In this document: in pieces, positions 1 through 8,625 of the stretch | How positions within the stretch are numbered: position 1 is the stretch's first letter | Layout of the letters: the number at the start of each line of letters is the position of its first letter | Source of the DNA: Anaerolineae bacterium CG2_30_64_16 | GTDB lineage: Bacteria > Chloroflexota > Anaerolineae > CG2-30-64-16 | Length of the DNA: 39,850 nucleotides | Direction: 5' to 3' | NCBI GenBank assembly: GCA_001871755.1 | Contig: MNXL01000093.1 | Coordinates: 1 to 39,850 of the forward strand | Position numbers and translations under genes: made by a program | Notes under the pieces: model-generated | Databases searched by the model: none | Told to the model about the DNA's origin: nothing | Seen by the model: the letters and a program-made list of their open reading frames with translations, nothing else

Positions 1-39
1 CGGCTGTCGTCTTTTTGGTTCCGGCTTGTCCGGGTTAGG
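1..39. repeat. 39-nt interspersed intergenic element, copy 1 (cggctgtcgtctttttggttccggcttgtccgggttagg)
   Basis: 38/39 identical to 6736-6774 by direct reading. The window edge cuts off its upstream context. Confidence 0.8.
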
Positions 40-98
40 GTATCCCAGCTTTGAGAAGGGATTTCATCTTACCCTGATGCTGCGAGAAGGTGTTCGCG

Positions 99-1676
99 AT
101 GCGATTGTCACGTCCTGTTCTGATCTACATCACCCTGGTTGTGAGTCTGGGCATCGGCATCGCGGCCTACATCCTGTGGCGGTACCCGATTGGCGGTGAC
201 CTGACATTCTGGCTGCTCTTTGCCGGTTTTACGCTCCTGGCGATTCTAGGCGATCGCTACGGGCTGCACTTTGCGCGCGGAGAGCAAATTCACGTAGACA
301 CCATCCCGCTCTTTGCCAGCGTCCTGGTGTTCAACCCCGCGGTGGCGCTGCTGATTGCCGCCCTGGGCCGGATTCTCGGCCGGATCGATCAGTGGCTCAC
401 CGGGCGGCTTCCCTTGGTGGAGTGGCTGTTCAATCTGGGACAGACGCTGGTCTATGTCGGTGTCAGCGCGCTGCTATTGGACGCCTTTACGACAGTGCCC
501 TGGCAACCAGCAGGGCTGGTGGCGTGGATCGGGCTGCTGGTGTCCGCGGTCACGATGTTCTTGTTGAACACCAGCATCGTGACTGGCATCGTCAGTCTGC
601 AATCTGGTGCGAGCTTTTTGCGACTCTGGCTGAAATCGACGCCGTCAGGATTACTAGAACACAGCGTCATGTTCGGGTTTGGGCTGCTGACAGTGGTGGT
701 TGTGGCGCCGCACTCTTGGGGCCTGGCGTTGATTGCCCTGCCATCGGTGGCGGTCTTTGTGACTCTGCAGCGCACCCTGCGCATGGAAGCCCAGCAGACC
801 GAACTTGCGCAGGAAAACGCCGCGCTGGCCACCGATTTGAGCAAGCAGGCCGAGCAGTTGCGGGAGGCGTACACGATCCTCGAGGATGCCCTGGACGCCA
901 AGAACCAGATGGTGCAGAACGTGTCTCATGAACTGCGCACGCCACTGGTTTCTATATCCGGATATACCGAGGCGCTGGAGGAAGGGTTATACGGTGATCT
1001 ATCGTCCGACCAACTGGATGCGTTGGACATTATATCCCGCAACACCAAGACCATGATCCGGTTGGTGAACGATCTGCTGTCGTTGCAGGCGTTGGACCGC
1101 AGCCAACTGGACCTCGACGAGGTCTCGTTGTCGGCAATGTTACACTATTGCGCATCCAGCTTTGCCCAGCGGGTTGAGAAGACCGGCATCAGCCTGCTCG
1201 TCGAGCCGGAGCTGGATCTACCGGCGATCCGGGCGGATCAAGTTCGCCTGGAACAGGTGGTCTGCAATCTGCTGGATAACGCGATCAAGTTCAGCCCGGA
1301 CGGAGGCCAGGTCACCTTGCGGGCGGCGCGACTGGATGATGGCAAGGTCCAGATCAGCGTGGCCGACCAGGGGATCGGGATCCCGGAGGAGGAGCTGCCC
1401 CGGATATACCGGCGCTTTTATCAGGTGGATAGCTCCCGGACGCGCCGGTTCGGTGGCCAGGGATTGGGTCTGGCGATCACCAAACGCATCGTGGAGCTAC
1501 ACGGCGGAAACATCCGGGCGGAGAGCCAGGTGGGGAAGGGCACGACCTTCCACGTAACCTTGCCCAGACAGATCACCGAGGCGGCGACACCGTCGGCCGA
1601 TGCCGAGGCGGGACACAGCGGTGAGGCATTCATCCCTGACATCAGCGCCCTGGCGGACCCGTCACGGCTCGACTGA
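99..1676 (+). CDS. membrane sensor histidine kinase
   Basis: ORF 90..1676. The ATG at 99 follows GAGAAGG. The N-terminal ~230 aa form a multi-pass hydrophobic region, followed by a coiled linker. H-box NVSHELRTPL, N-box LLDNAIKFSP, G-boxes DQGIGI and GQGLGLAI. Confidence 0.85.
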   Translation: MRLSRPVLIYITLVVSLGIGIAAYILWRYPIGGDLTFWLLFAGFTLLAILGDRYGLHFARGEQIHVDTIPLFASVLVFNPAVALLIAALGRILGRIDQWLTGRLPLVEWLFNLGQTLVYVGVSALLLDAFTTVPWQPAGLVAWIGLLVSAVTMFLLNTSIVTGIVSLQSGASFLRLWLKSTPSGLLEHSVMFGFGLLTVVVVAPHSWGLALIALPSVAVFVTLQRTLRMEAQQTELAQENAALATDLSKQAEQLREAYTILEDALDAKNQMVQNVSHELRTPLVSISGYTEALEEGLYGDLSSDQLDALDIISRNTKTMIRLVNDLLSLQALDRSQLDLDEVSLSAMLHYCASSFAQRVEKTGISLLVEPELDLPAIRADQVRLEQVVCNLLDNAIKFSPDGGQVTLRAARLDDGKVQISVADQGIGIPEEELPRIYRRFYQVDSSRTRRFGGQGLGLAITKRIVELHGGNIRAESQVGKGTTFHVTLPRQITEAATPSADAEAGHSGEAFIPDISALADPSRLD

Positions 1677-1710
1677 GCCCTTGGCTCCCAGCACCCTGTT
1701 GACAAAAGAG

Positions 1711-1742
1711 AACGGGCCGGTACTCCCAGGTACCAGCCCGTT
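1711..1742. terminator. bidirectional hairpin between the kinase gene and tRNA-Cys
   Basis: aacgggccggtac / gtaccagcccgtt gives a 13-bp stem with one mismatch. It is followed by TTTC on plus and CTCTTTTG on minus. Confidence 0.5.
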
Positions 1743-1745
1743 TCA

Positions 1746-1819
1746 TGGAGGCGACGGCCGGATTCGAACCGGCGATGGGGGTTTTGCAGACCCCTGCCTT
1801 GCCACTTGGCGACGTCGCC
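1746..1819 (-). tRNA. tRNA-Cys (GCA)
   Basis: Reverse complement reads GGCGACGTCGCCAAGTGGCAAGGCAGGGGTCTGCAAAACCCCCATCGCCGGTTCGAATCCGGCCGTCGCCTCCA. It has a 7-bp acceptor stem, a GTTCGAATC T-loop, a CT-GCA-AA anticodon loop and an encoded CCA. Confidence 0.9.
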
Positions 1820-1828
1820 AACATCGAT

Positions 1829-1857
1829 ATTCTAGCTTAACCCGTTCCCGTTGTCAA
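1829..1857 (-). promoter_or_regulatory. sigma70-like promoter for tRNA-Cys
   Basis: The minus strand reads TTGACA, a 17-nt spacer, then TAGAAT, ending 9 nt before the tRNA 5' end. Confidence 0.55.
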
Positions 1858-1865
1858 ACGTATCT

Positions 1866-1945
1866 TCTCAATAATCTGGGGCGAACGTGCCTGGCACTTC
1901 CGAAAAGTGCCAGGCACGTGATGGCGATGCCCCTATCTATTGAGA
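1866..1945 (+). promoter_or_regulatory. nested stem-loop upstream of the cold-shock-domain gene (candidate 5' UTR structure)
   Basis: Perfect 12-bp inverted repeat cgtgcctggcac (1886-1897) / gtgccaggcacg (1907-1918) with a 9-nt loop. It is enclosed by the 8-bp pair tctcaata (1866-1873) / tattgaga (1938-1945). Confidence 0.4.
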
Positions 1946-1976
1946 GGATACTGTCAAACCTTCCAGGAACACTCTC

Positions 1977-2336
1977 ATGGCTGAGGATCAGATCATCCGC
2001 TGCGCCGAATGCGAGACCCCATTTGTGTGGACCGCCAGCGAACAGGCCGGCGCGCCCCAGCCAACCATGTGCCCGTCGTGCCGATTGTTGGCGCCCGCGA
2101 CCGGTCGGGCGCGTGGTCTGGTCAAATGGTTCAGCCGGGCGAGAGGGTACGGTTTCATCACGCCGGCTGATGGCCCGGACCTGTTTGTGCACAAATCGGG
2201 CCTGGCGGCCGGCCAACCACTCCCTCGCGCCGGTCAGTTGGTCGAGTTCGCGGTGTCCGAACGGCGCCGAGGGATCCAGGCCGAGGCGGTAGTGATCCTG
2301 GAGACCCCGGACGCCCCGCCCAGCGATCCCCCATGA
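1977..2336 (+). CDS. zinc-ribbon / cold-shock-domain fusion protein
   Basis: N-terminus has CAEC...CPSC (four Cys), then the CSD signature GLVKWFSRARGYGFITPADGPDLFVHKSGL. AGGA lies 8 nt upstream of the ATG. Confidence 0.8.
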   Translation: MAEDQIIRCAECETPFVWTASEQAGAPQPTMCPSCRLLAPATGRARGLVKWFSRARGYGFITPADGPDLFVHKSGLAAGQPLPRAGQLVEFAVSERRRGIQAEAVVILETPDAPPSDPP

Positions 2337-2348
2337 CCCAGGCACACC

Positions 2349-2424
2349 CCATCCACCAACTACCAATCCACCCATCTACCCATCTACCAATTTACCAATC
2401 TACCAATTTACCAACCAACTATCC
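2349..2424. repeat. tandem about 8-nt array (CTACCAAT / TTACCAAT units)
   Basis: Direct reading: catctacc catctacc aatttacc aatctacc aatttacc. It lies between convergent genes and overlaps the stop of the glycosyltransferase. Confidence 0.75.
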
Positions 2425-3558
2425 CACCTCTCCAAGCACTTCTGCCATGAGCGCGTCGTAGATCGGCGCCTGGACTGACCAATCGAAGCGGGCGACCGCG
2501 CTGCGCAGCTCCGGCGCGGCAGGGGTCGTGAATGCGGCTCTGAGCCGCGCCAGCAGCCCGGCGAAGTCATCGTACAGGCAGGCCGCGCGCGCGGCCGGCG
2601 GGAGCAGCTCTGGATAGCTGAGCCGGTTGGGGAGGATCGGCCAGCAACCGCAATAGATCGCCTCGGCGACGCCGACTCCGAAGAACTCGTGGATCGCCGT
2701 GCTGAGCACCACATCCGCGCCCCAGAGCAACCGGGCGTATGCGGCCTCGCTTTCCGCATAGCCGTAATGGACCAGCCGGTCACCCAACCGGCGCCGGGCT
2801 TGACTGAACTCGGCCGGCTCGACGCGAAAGTTCTCCCCGGCCAGCGCCACCCGGAAGGGCAGCCCTTCGCTGGCGAGGGCATAGAGCGCGCTCAGCATTG
2901 TCTCAGGAGCCTTGTCGTACTCCCAGCGTTGATTCCACAGAATCAGCGGACTTGTCTCCCTGTTTCCTTGTCTCCTTGTTTCCTTGTCTACCCACATCGG
3001 CGCATACTTGTCATAACGTCTGAGATCGCAACCAACCGCCAACACCTCGGCCCGCGCGTGGGCAATCTCCACCGATTCCAGGTGCGTGTAGTCGGGGAAG
3101 TGCTTGAGCAGGCGCGGCAGCTCGGCGAACCAGCTCTGCATGTGGAAGGCGGAGTTGAAGCAGATCCGGTCGGCGGCCAGCATGGAGAGATGCTGGATCA
3201 TGCCGTAGGTCAGGTCGCGCTGGCTGCCGGGTGGGGGCGGGTAGGTGAGCTGGTTCTCGTGCATGTAGAGCACGATCGGGACGCGTGCCAGCTCGCGGCG
3301 GGTCAGCGCCAGGAATGCAGGCAGGTTGGTCATGCTGGTGGCAAGCAAGAGGTCGGGCCGTTCGCCCGCGGCGATCCGCGCCGCGGCCTGTTCGGCCAAT
3401 TCCAGCGCGGCGCCGTGCATCCGCCATTTCCAGAAGTAGCCCTGCATGGCGAAAATCTGCACCCGGTGCTGGCTGTGCGCGGCGTAGCCCTCGGCCCAGG
3501 CGCGATGGGAGCCGGTGTGATACGGGTTCAGCAGCCAAATGGTCAGCCGGTCGGTCAT
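2419..3558 (-). CDS. GT4-like glycosyltransferase with DUF3524 N-terminal domain (GTDC1-like)
   Basis: ORF 2419..3594. The likely start is MTDRLTIWLLNPYHTGSHRAWAEGY (ATG at 3558). The WKWRMHG motif and the C-terminal GT1/GT4-type fold sequence are recognised from memory of the family. Confidence 0.75.
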   Translation of the reverse strand: MTDRLTIWLLNPYHTGSHRAWAEGYAAHSQHRVQIFAMQGYFWKWRMHGAALELAEQAAARIAAGERPDLLLATSMTNLPAFLALTRRELARVPIVLYMHENQLTYPPPPGSQRDLTYGMIQHLSMLAADRICFNSAFHMQSWFAELPRLLKHFPDYTHLESVEIAHARAEVLAVGCDLRRYDKYAPMWVDKETRRQGNRETSPLILWNQRWEYDKAPETMLSALYALASEGLPFRVALAGENFRVEPAEFSQARRRLGDRLVHYGYAESEAAYARLLWGADVVLSTAIHEFFGVGVAEAIYCGCWPILPNRLSYPELLPPAARAACLYDDFAGLLARLRAAFTTPAAPELRSAVARFDWSVQAPIYDALMAEVLGEVG

Positions 3559-3575
3559 GGGGCGATGATAACATG

Positions 3576-3636
3576 AGGGCGGCGGGATGGGCAAGAGGCG
3601 GCCGGGGGGTCATGTTGGCGTGTTGAGTGATTGACA
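3576..3636. repeat. direct repeat copy 1 flanking TA cassette 1
   Basis: agggcggcgggatgggcaagaggcggccggggggtcatgttggcg...ttgaca. About 45 nt are near-identical to 4571-4623 (2 substitutions plus an 8-nt indel). Confidence 0.8.
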
Positions 3637-3659
3637 GTTTTCGTGCCTGGACGTAAAAT
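3631..3659 (+). promoter_or_regulatory. sigma70-like promoter of TA cassette 1
   Basis: TTGACA (3631-3636), a 17-nt spacer, then TAAAAT (3654-3659). It lies 35 nt upstream of the antitoxin ATG. Confidence 0.55.
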
Positions 3660-3693
3660 GATCCCCCAGAAGGATCCATGAAGGAGGTATGGC

Positions 3694-4050
3694 ATGTGTG
3701 CGGATGAAGCATCTGAAACGATCCACGAAGCGCGACCGATCTATTCCGGGGTTGAGACGCGTTGGCTCGACGAGCCTTTGATCGTTGAGCGAGCGGGACA
3801 CCCCACTGCGGTCATCATCTCCCTGGAGGAGTACCGGCGTTTTGCCGCCTGGCGCGAAGAACGAGCAGCCCGGCGCGCCTGGGTTCTGGAGTGCCAACCG
3901 CGCAACCATATGACGGATCAGGAATGGGATGCCCAGTTCGTCACTATGGATCGTTTCGCAACGCATTTCGCGGACATCACCGACGATGAATTGGCAGATG
4001 AGTTGACACAGGCAGTGAGCGCAGTGCGTGCTGAACGAGCGCGCCGATAA
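3694..4050 (+). CDS. putative antitoxin (Phd/YefM-like N-terminus)
   Basis: AAGGAGG lies 6 nt upstream. PLIVERAGHPTAVIISLEEYRRF resembles Phd/YefM antitoxins. It sits 6 nt upstream of a PIN gene. Confidence 0.6.
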   Translation: MCADEASETIHEARPIYSGVETRWLDEPLIVERAGHPTAVIISLEEYRRFAAWREERAARRAWVLECQPRNHMTDQEWDAQFVTMDRFATHFADITDDELADELTQAVSAVRAERARR

Positions 4051-4056
4051 GCTGTC

Positions 4057-4539
4057 ATGGCTGAGAACTTCAGCGCTGCGCCCCGGCGACTGATCGTCGT
4101 GCTCGATACAAATGCCCTGGTTCGAGTGGCCCTGGCGAAAAGTCCACTTGCCAGGGTATTGCGTTGTTCGCTGGAGCGCGGCGACTTTGTCTTGCTGACG
4201 TCGGGTGACATCCTGAACGAGATTGGCCGGGTTTTGTGCTACCCCCGAATCGCCATCCATCATGCCTTGTCCGAGGCAGCCATCGAGGAGTTCGAATTGG
4301 CCGTGAGGAAAGCGGCGGTGGTTGTCCCTGGACTCTACGTTGTGCGCAAGATTGAGGCTGATCCCTCCGACGATATGTTCCTGGCTTGCGCGCTGGAAGG
4401 GGACGCTGACTATATCGTCAGCGAAGACCCACACGTGCGAGATCTCAAGACCTATCAGGGCATTCAGATCATCTCGATGGCGCAGTTTTCCGAGAAGCTG
4501 GGTCTATCTGTGGCCCGTCCAGCGTCGCCCCAAACGTGA
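4057..4539 (+). CDS. PIN-domain toxin (TIGR00305-like PIN family)
   Basis: VVLDTNALV at the N-terminus, an acidic DPSDDMFLACALEGDADYIVSEDPH block and a QGIQIISMAQF tail. Confidence 0.8.
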   Translation: MAENFSAAPRRLIVVLDTNALVRVALAKSPLARVLRCSLERGDFVLLTSGDILNEIGRVLCYPRIAIHHALSEAAIEEFELAVRKAAVVVPGLYVVRKIEADPSDDMFLACALEGDADYIVSEDPHVRDLKTYQGIQIISMAQFSEKLGLSVARPASPQT

Positions 4540-4570
4540 CTGCGCCGCCCCTCTTGAATCGCTATCCAGC

Positions 4571-4623
4571 AGGGCGGCGGGATGGGCAAGAGGCGGCCGA
4601 GGGGTCATGTGGGCGATTTGACA
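4571..4623. repeat. direct repeat copy 2 flanking TA cassette 1
   Basis: agggcggcgggatgggcaagaggcggccgaggggtcatgtgggcgatttgaca. See 3576-3636. Confidence 0.8.
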
Positions 4624-4646
4624 GACCCATCGACCTGTGCTAGACT
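4618..4646 (+). promoter_or_regulatory. candidate promoter of the ilv-leu leader
   Basis: TTGACA (4618-4623), a 17-nt spacer, then TAGACT (4641-4646). Confidence 0.4.
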
Positions 4647-4686
4647 TCGCACAATCCAGTCCCAGTCTAGCCGGGGAATGTAAAAC

Positions 4687-4782
4687 ATGTCCGATCGCTC
4701 AGGCCTGATTATTATCTCCCTTATTGCGCTCCTTGTTATTAAGGAGCCATTGCCGTTTGGGAGGGATCAGGCGGGTATCTGA
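4687..4782 (+). CDS. candidate ilv-leu attenuation leader peptide, MSDRSGLIIISLIALLVIKEPLPFGRDQAGI
   Basis: A 31-codon ORF too short for the ORF track. GGGGA lies about 10 nt upstream of the ATG. Ten of 12 consecutive codons (4705-4740) encode Leu, Ile or Val. A terminator hairpin lies about 30 nt downstream of its stop. Confidence 0.6.
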   Translation: MSDRSGLIIISLIALLVIKEPLPFGRDQAGI

Positions 4783-4810
4783 GTCAGCGAATACCCGAAG
4801 AAGCACACCA

Positions 4811-4836
4811 GGGCCTCCCACACGGGAGGCCCTTTT
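4811..4836 (+). terminator. leader terminator 1
   Basis: gggcctccc-acac-gggaggccc (9-bp GC stem) followed by TTTT. tgggagg (4758-4764), inside the leader ORF, can pair with cctccca (4814-4820) as an antiterminator. Confidence 0.6.
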
Positions 4837-4890
4837 GGTTCCAGGTTTCGTCGATAGGGGGCGCCAGGTGGGCGCCAGAATAGGGCAAGG

Positions 4891-4941
4891 ACGCCTTCTT
4901 AGCGGTCGGTGACGCGGACCGCAGAGAAGGCGTTTTTGTTT
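4891..4941 (+). terminator. leader terminator 2
   Basis: acgccttct / agaaggcgt (9 bp) plus the inner pair gcggtc / gaccgc (6 bp), followed by TTTTGTTT. It ends 30 nt before the ilvB ATG. Confidence 0.55.
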
Positions 4942-4970
4942 CAAGCGCTATCATTGGGAGGAGGGGTGCG

Positions 4971-6662
4971 ATGAAACGAACAGGGGCCCAGATTGTCTGG
5001 GAGAGCATGATGCGTGAGGGTGTGGCGGTGGTATTCGGCTATCCAGGCGGGGCGATCATGCCGGTCTACGATGCGCTGTTGGACTACCCGGTTCATCATG
5101 TGCTGGTGCGCCACGAGGAGAACGCCGCGTTTGCCGCTGATGGCTATGCCCGAGCGAGTGGCAGGGTGGGAGTCTGTCTGGCCACTTCAGGGCCGGGCGC
5201 CACCAACCTGCTAACTGGTCTCGCCGACGCGATGATGGATTCGGCGCCGGTGGTGGCGATCACCGGGCAGGTGGCGTCGAGCCTGGTGGGTTCCGATGCG
5301 TTTCAGGAAACCGATGTGACCGGCGTCACGCTGCCGGTGACCAAACACAACTATCTGGTCACCAGGGTGGAGGAGTTGGCGGGCGTGATGAAAGAGGCGT
5401 TCCACATCGCCCGCTCCGGCCGACCTGGCCCCGTGTTGGTCGATGTATGCAAAGATGTGCAGTTCGCCTCCACCGATTTCGACTACGACGCCATCCAGGT
5501 GCGGTTGCCCGGCTATCGGCCAGTGATGCGGGGTACCGAAGAGCAGATCGAGGAGGCGGTGGCGCTGATCAACGCCTCGCAGCGCCCCATCATCCTGGCC
5601 GGCCACGGCATCATCCTCTCCGGGGCGCACGACGAACTCCAGTCCCTGGCCGAAAAAGCCCACATCCCCATCTCCACCACACTCCTGGGTATCGGCACGA
5701 TCCCCGAATCCCATCCACTCAACCTGCGCATGATGGGGATGCATGGTGAGGCCTATGTGAATCAGGCGGTTCAGGCCGCAGATCTCATCCTCGCGCTGGG
5801 CATGCGCTTCGATGATCGGGTCACCGGTACACTGCGCACCTATGCCCAGAACGCCCAGGTGATTCATGTGGACATCGACCCGGCGGAGATTGGCAAGAAC
5901 GTAGTCGCTGACATCGGCATCGTCGGCGATGCGAAAAACGTCCTGGCCCAGCTCCTGCCCCGAGTCGAGTACCAGGAGCGGGCGGACTGGTTCGCCCAGA
6001 TCGACGAGTGGCGGCAAGATACCACCCGCCGCGACATCCTGAACCGGGAGGAGGATGCTTCGCTGCACGTGCCGTTTGTGATCGATCAGATCCGGCGCAG
6101 CATCAACGGCAGCGGCCAGGTGACCATCGTCAGCGACGTGGGCCAGCACCAGATGTGGGCGGCGCAATACTTCCGCCACGAGCGGCGCAACCGTTTCTTT
6201 ACATCGGGCGGGCTGGGCTCGATGGGCTGTGGTCTGCCGATGGCGGTAGGCGCCTCCTTCGCCAGACCGGACGAGGAGGTCTGGGTGATCGCCGGGGATG
6301 GCGGTTTCCAGATGAGCCTCCCTGAGCTGGCGACCGTCGCGCAGGAACGGCTGCCGATCAAGATCGCGGTAATGCGGAATGGCTACCTTGGGATGGTGCG
6401 GCAGTGGCAGGAGCTGCTGCTTGGAAAGCGTTACTCAGGCGTTGCCATCAGCAGCCCGGATTTCGTGAAGGTGGCCGAGGCGTACGGCATCCTGGGGATG
6501 CGGGCGAGCGAGAAGTCACAAGTGGCCGAGGTGATCGCCGAGGCTCGGTCTCATCCCGGCCCGACCCTGATCGACTTCGTGGTGGAGCAGGAGGCCAACG
6601 TCTACCCGATGGTGGAGCCGGGCAAGGCGCTGCACGAGATGTTGCGGCGACCGCTCGCGTGA
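4971..6662 (+). CDS. ilvB: acetolactate synthase large subunit
   Basis: 563 aa, ThDP enzyme. N-terminal GAQIVWESMMREGVAVVFGYPGGAI and the ThDP motif GGLGSMGCGLP...GDGGFQM. GGAGGAGGGG RBS. Confidence 0.93.
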   Translation: MKRTGAQIVWESMMREGVAVVFGYPGGAIMPVYDALLDYPVHHVLVRHEENAAFAADGYARASGRVGVCLATSGPGATNLLTGLADAMMDSAPVVAITGQVASSLVGSDAFQETDVTGVTLPVTKHNYLVTRVEELAGVMKEAFHIARSGRPGPVLVDVCKDVQFASTDFDYDAIQVRLPGYRPVMRGTEEQIEEAVALINASQRPIILAGHGIILSGAHDELQSLAEKAHIPISTTLLGIGTIPESHPLNLRMMGMHGEAYVNQAVQAADLILALGMRFDDRVTGTLRTYAQNAQVIHVDIDPAEIGKNVVADIGIVGDAKNVLAQLLPRVEYQERADWFAQIDEWRQDTTRRDILNREEDASLHVPFVIDQIRRSINGSGQVTIVSDVGQHQMWAAQYFRHERRNRFFTSGGLGSMGCGLPMAVGASFARPDEEVWVIAGDGGFQMSLPELATVAQERLPIKIAVMRNGYLGMVRQWQELLLGKRYSGVAISSPDFVKVAEAYGILGMRASEKSQVAEVIAEARSHPGPTLIDFVVEQEANVYPMVEPGKALHEMLRRPLA

Positions 6663-6695
6663 ACCGATATTGGATTACGAGGATAGTGCCTAACC

Positions 6696-6730
6696 CCCGA
6701 AATTCTTGTTTTTTGTGCAAGGATTTTGGG
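6696..6730 (+). other. A/U-rich 13-bp hairpin just after the ilvB stop
   Basis: cccgaaattcttg (6696-6708) pairs with caaggattttggg (6718-6730), including 2 G-U pairs, with a 9-nt loop. No T-tract follows. Confidence 0.45.
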
Positions 6731-6735
6731 AATGG

Positions 6736-6774
6736 CGGCTGTCGTTTTTTTGGTTCCGGCTTGTCCGGGTTAGG
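6736..6774. repeat. 39-nt interspersed intergenic element, copy 2
   Basis: cggctgtcgtttttttggttccggcttgtccgggttagg, 38/39 identical to 1-39. It ends 18 nt before the ilvN ATG. Confidence 0.8.
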
Positions 6775-6792
6775 ACTGGAAAGGAGCGACCT

Positions 6793-8480
<1,688 letters not shown>

Positions 8481-8487
8481 GGGGAGG

Positions 8488-8612
8488 AGGGATTGGGTTT
8501 AGGGATTGGGTATTAGGGAGTAGGGATTGGGTATCGGGGATTCGGAATTGCCATTCGACGAATACCCAATACCCAATACCCAATACCCCAATACCTAATA
8601 TCTAATACCCCC
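8488..8612. repeat. imperfect palindrome built from heptamer arrays (GGGTATT/GGGATTG left arm, TACCCAA right arm)
   Basis: The right arm is tacccaa x3-5. The left arm is its approximate reverse complement (for example gggtatcggggattcg versus gggtattgggtattcg, 14/16). The centre is near 8545-8555. Confidence 0.75.
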
Positions 8613-8625
8613 AAGGGGGAAGAAT

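Noticed and set aside
1600-2292. 230-aa plus-strand ORF spanning the tRNA-Cys region.
   Set aside because: It overlaps the tRNA gene and is out of frame with the CSD gene. It has no motifs.
4640-4670. Inverted repeat ctagact / agtctag overlapping the leader promoter -10.
   Set aside because: The arms are only 7 bp. It could be an operator, but it is too short to distinguish from chance.
4624-4970. T-box riboswitch upstream of ilvB, as in Firmicutes.
   Set aside because: No T-box consensus (..GGUGGNACCGCG) or specifier-loop architecture is visible. A leader peptide plus terminator fits better.
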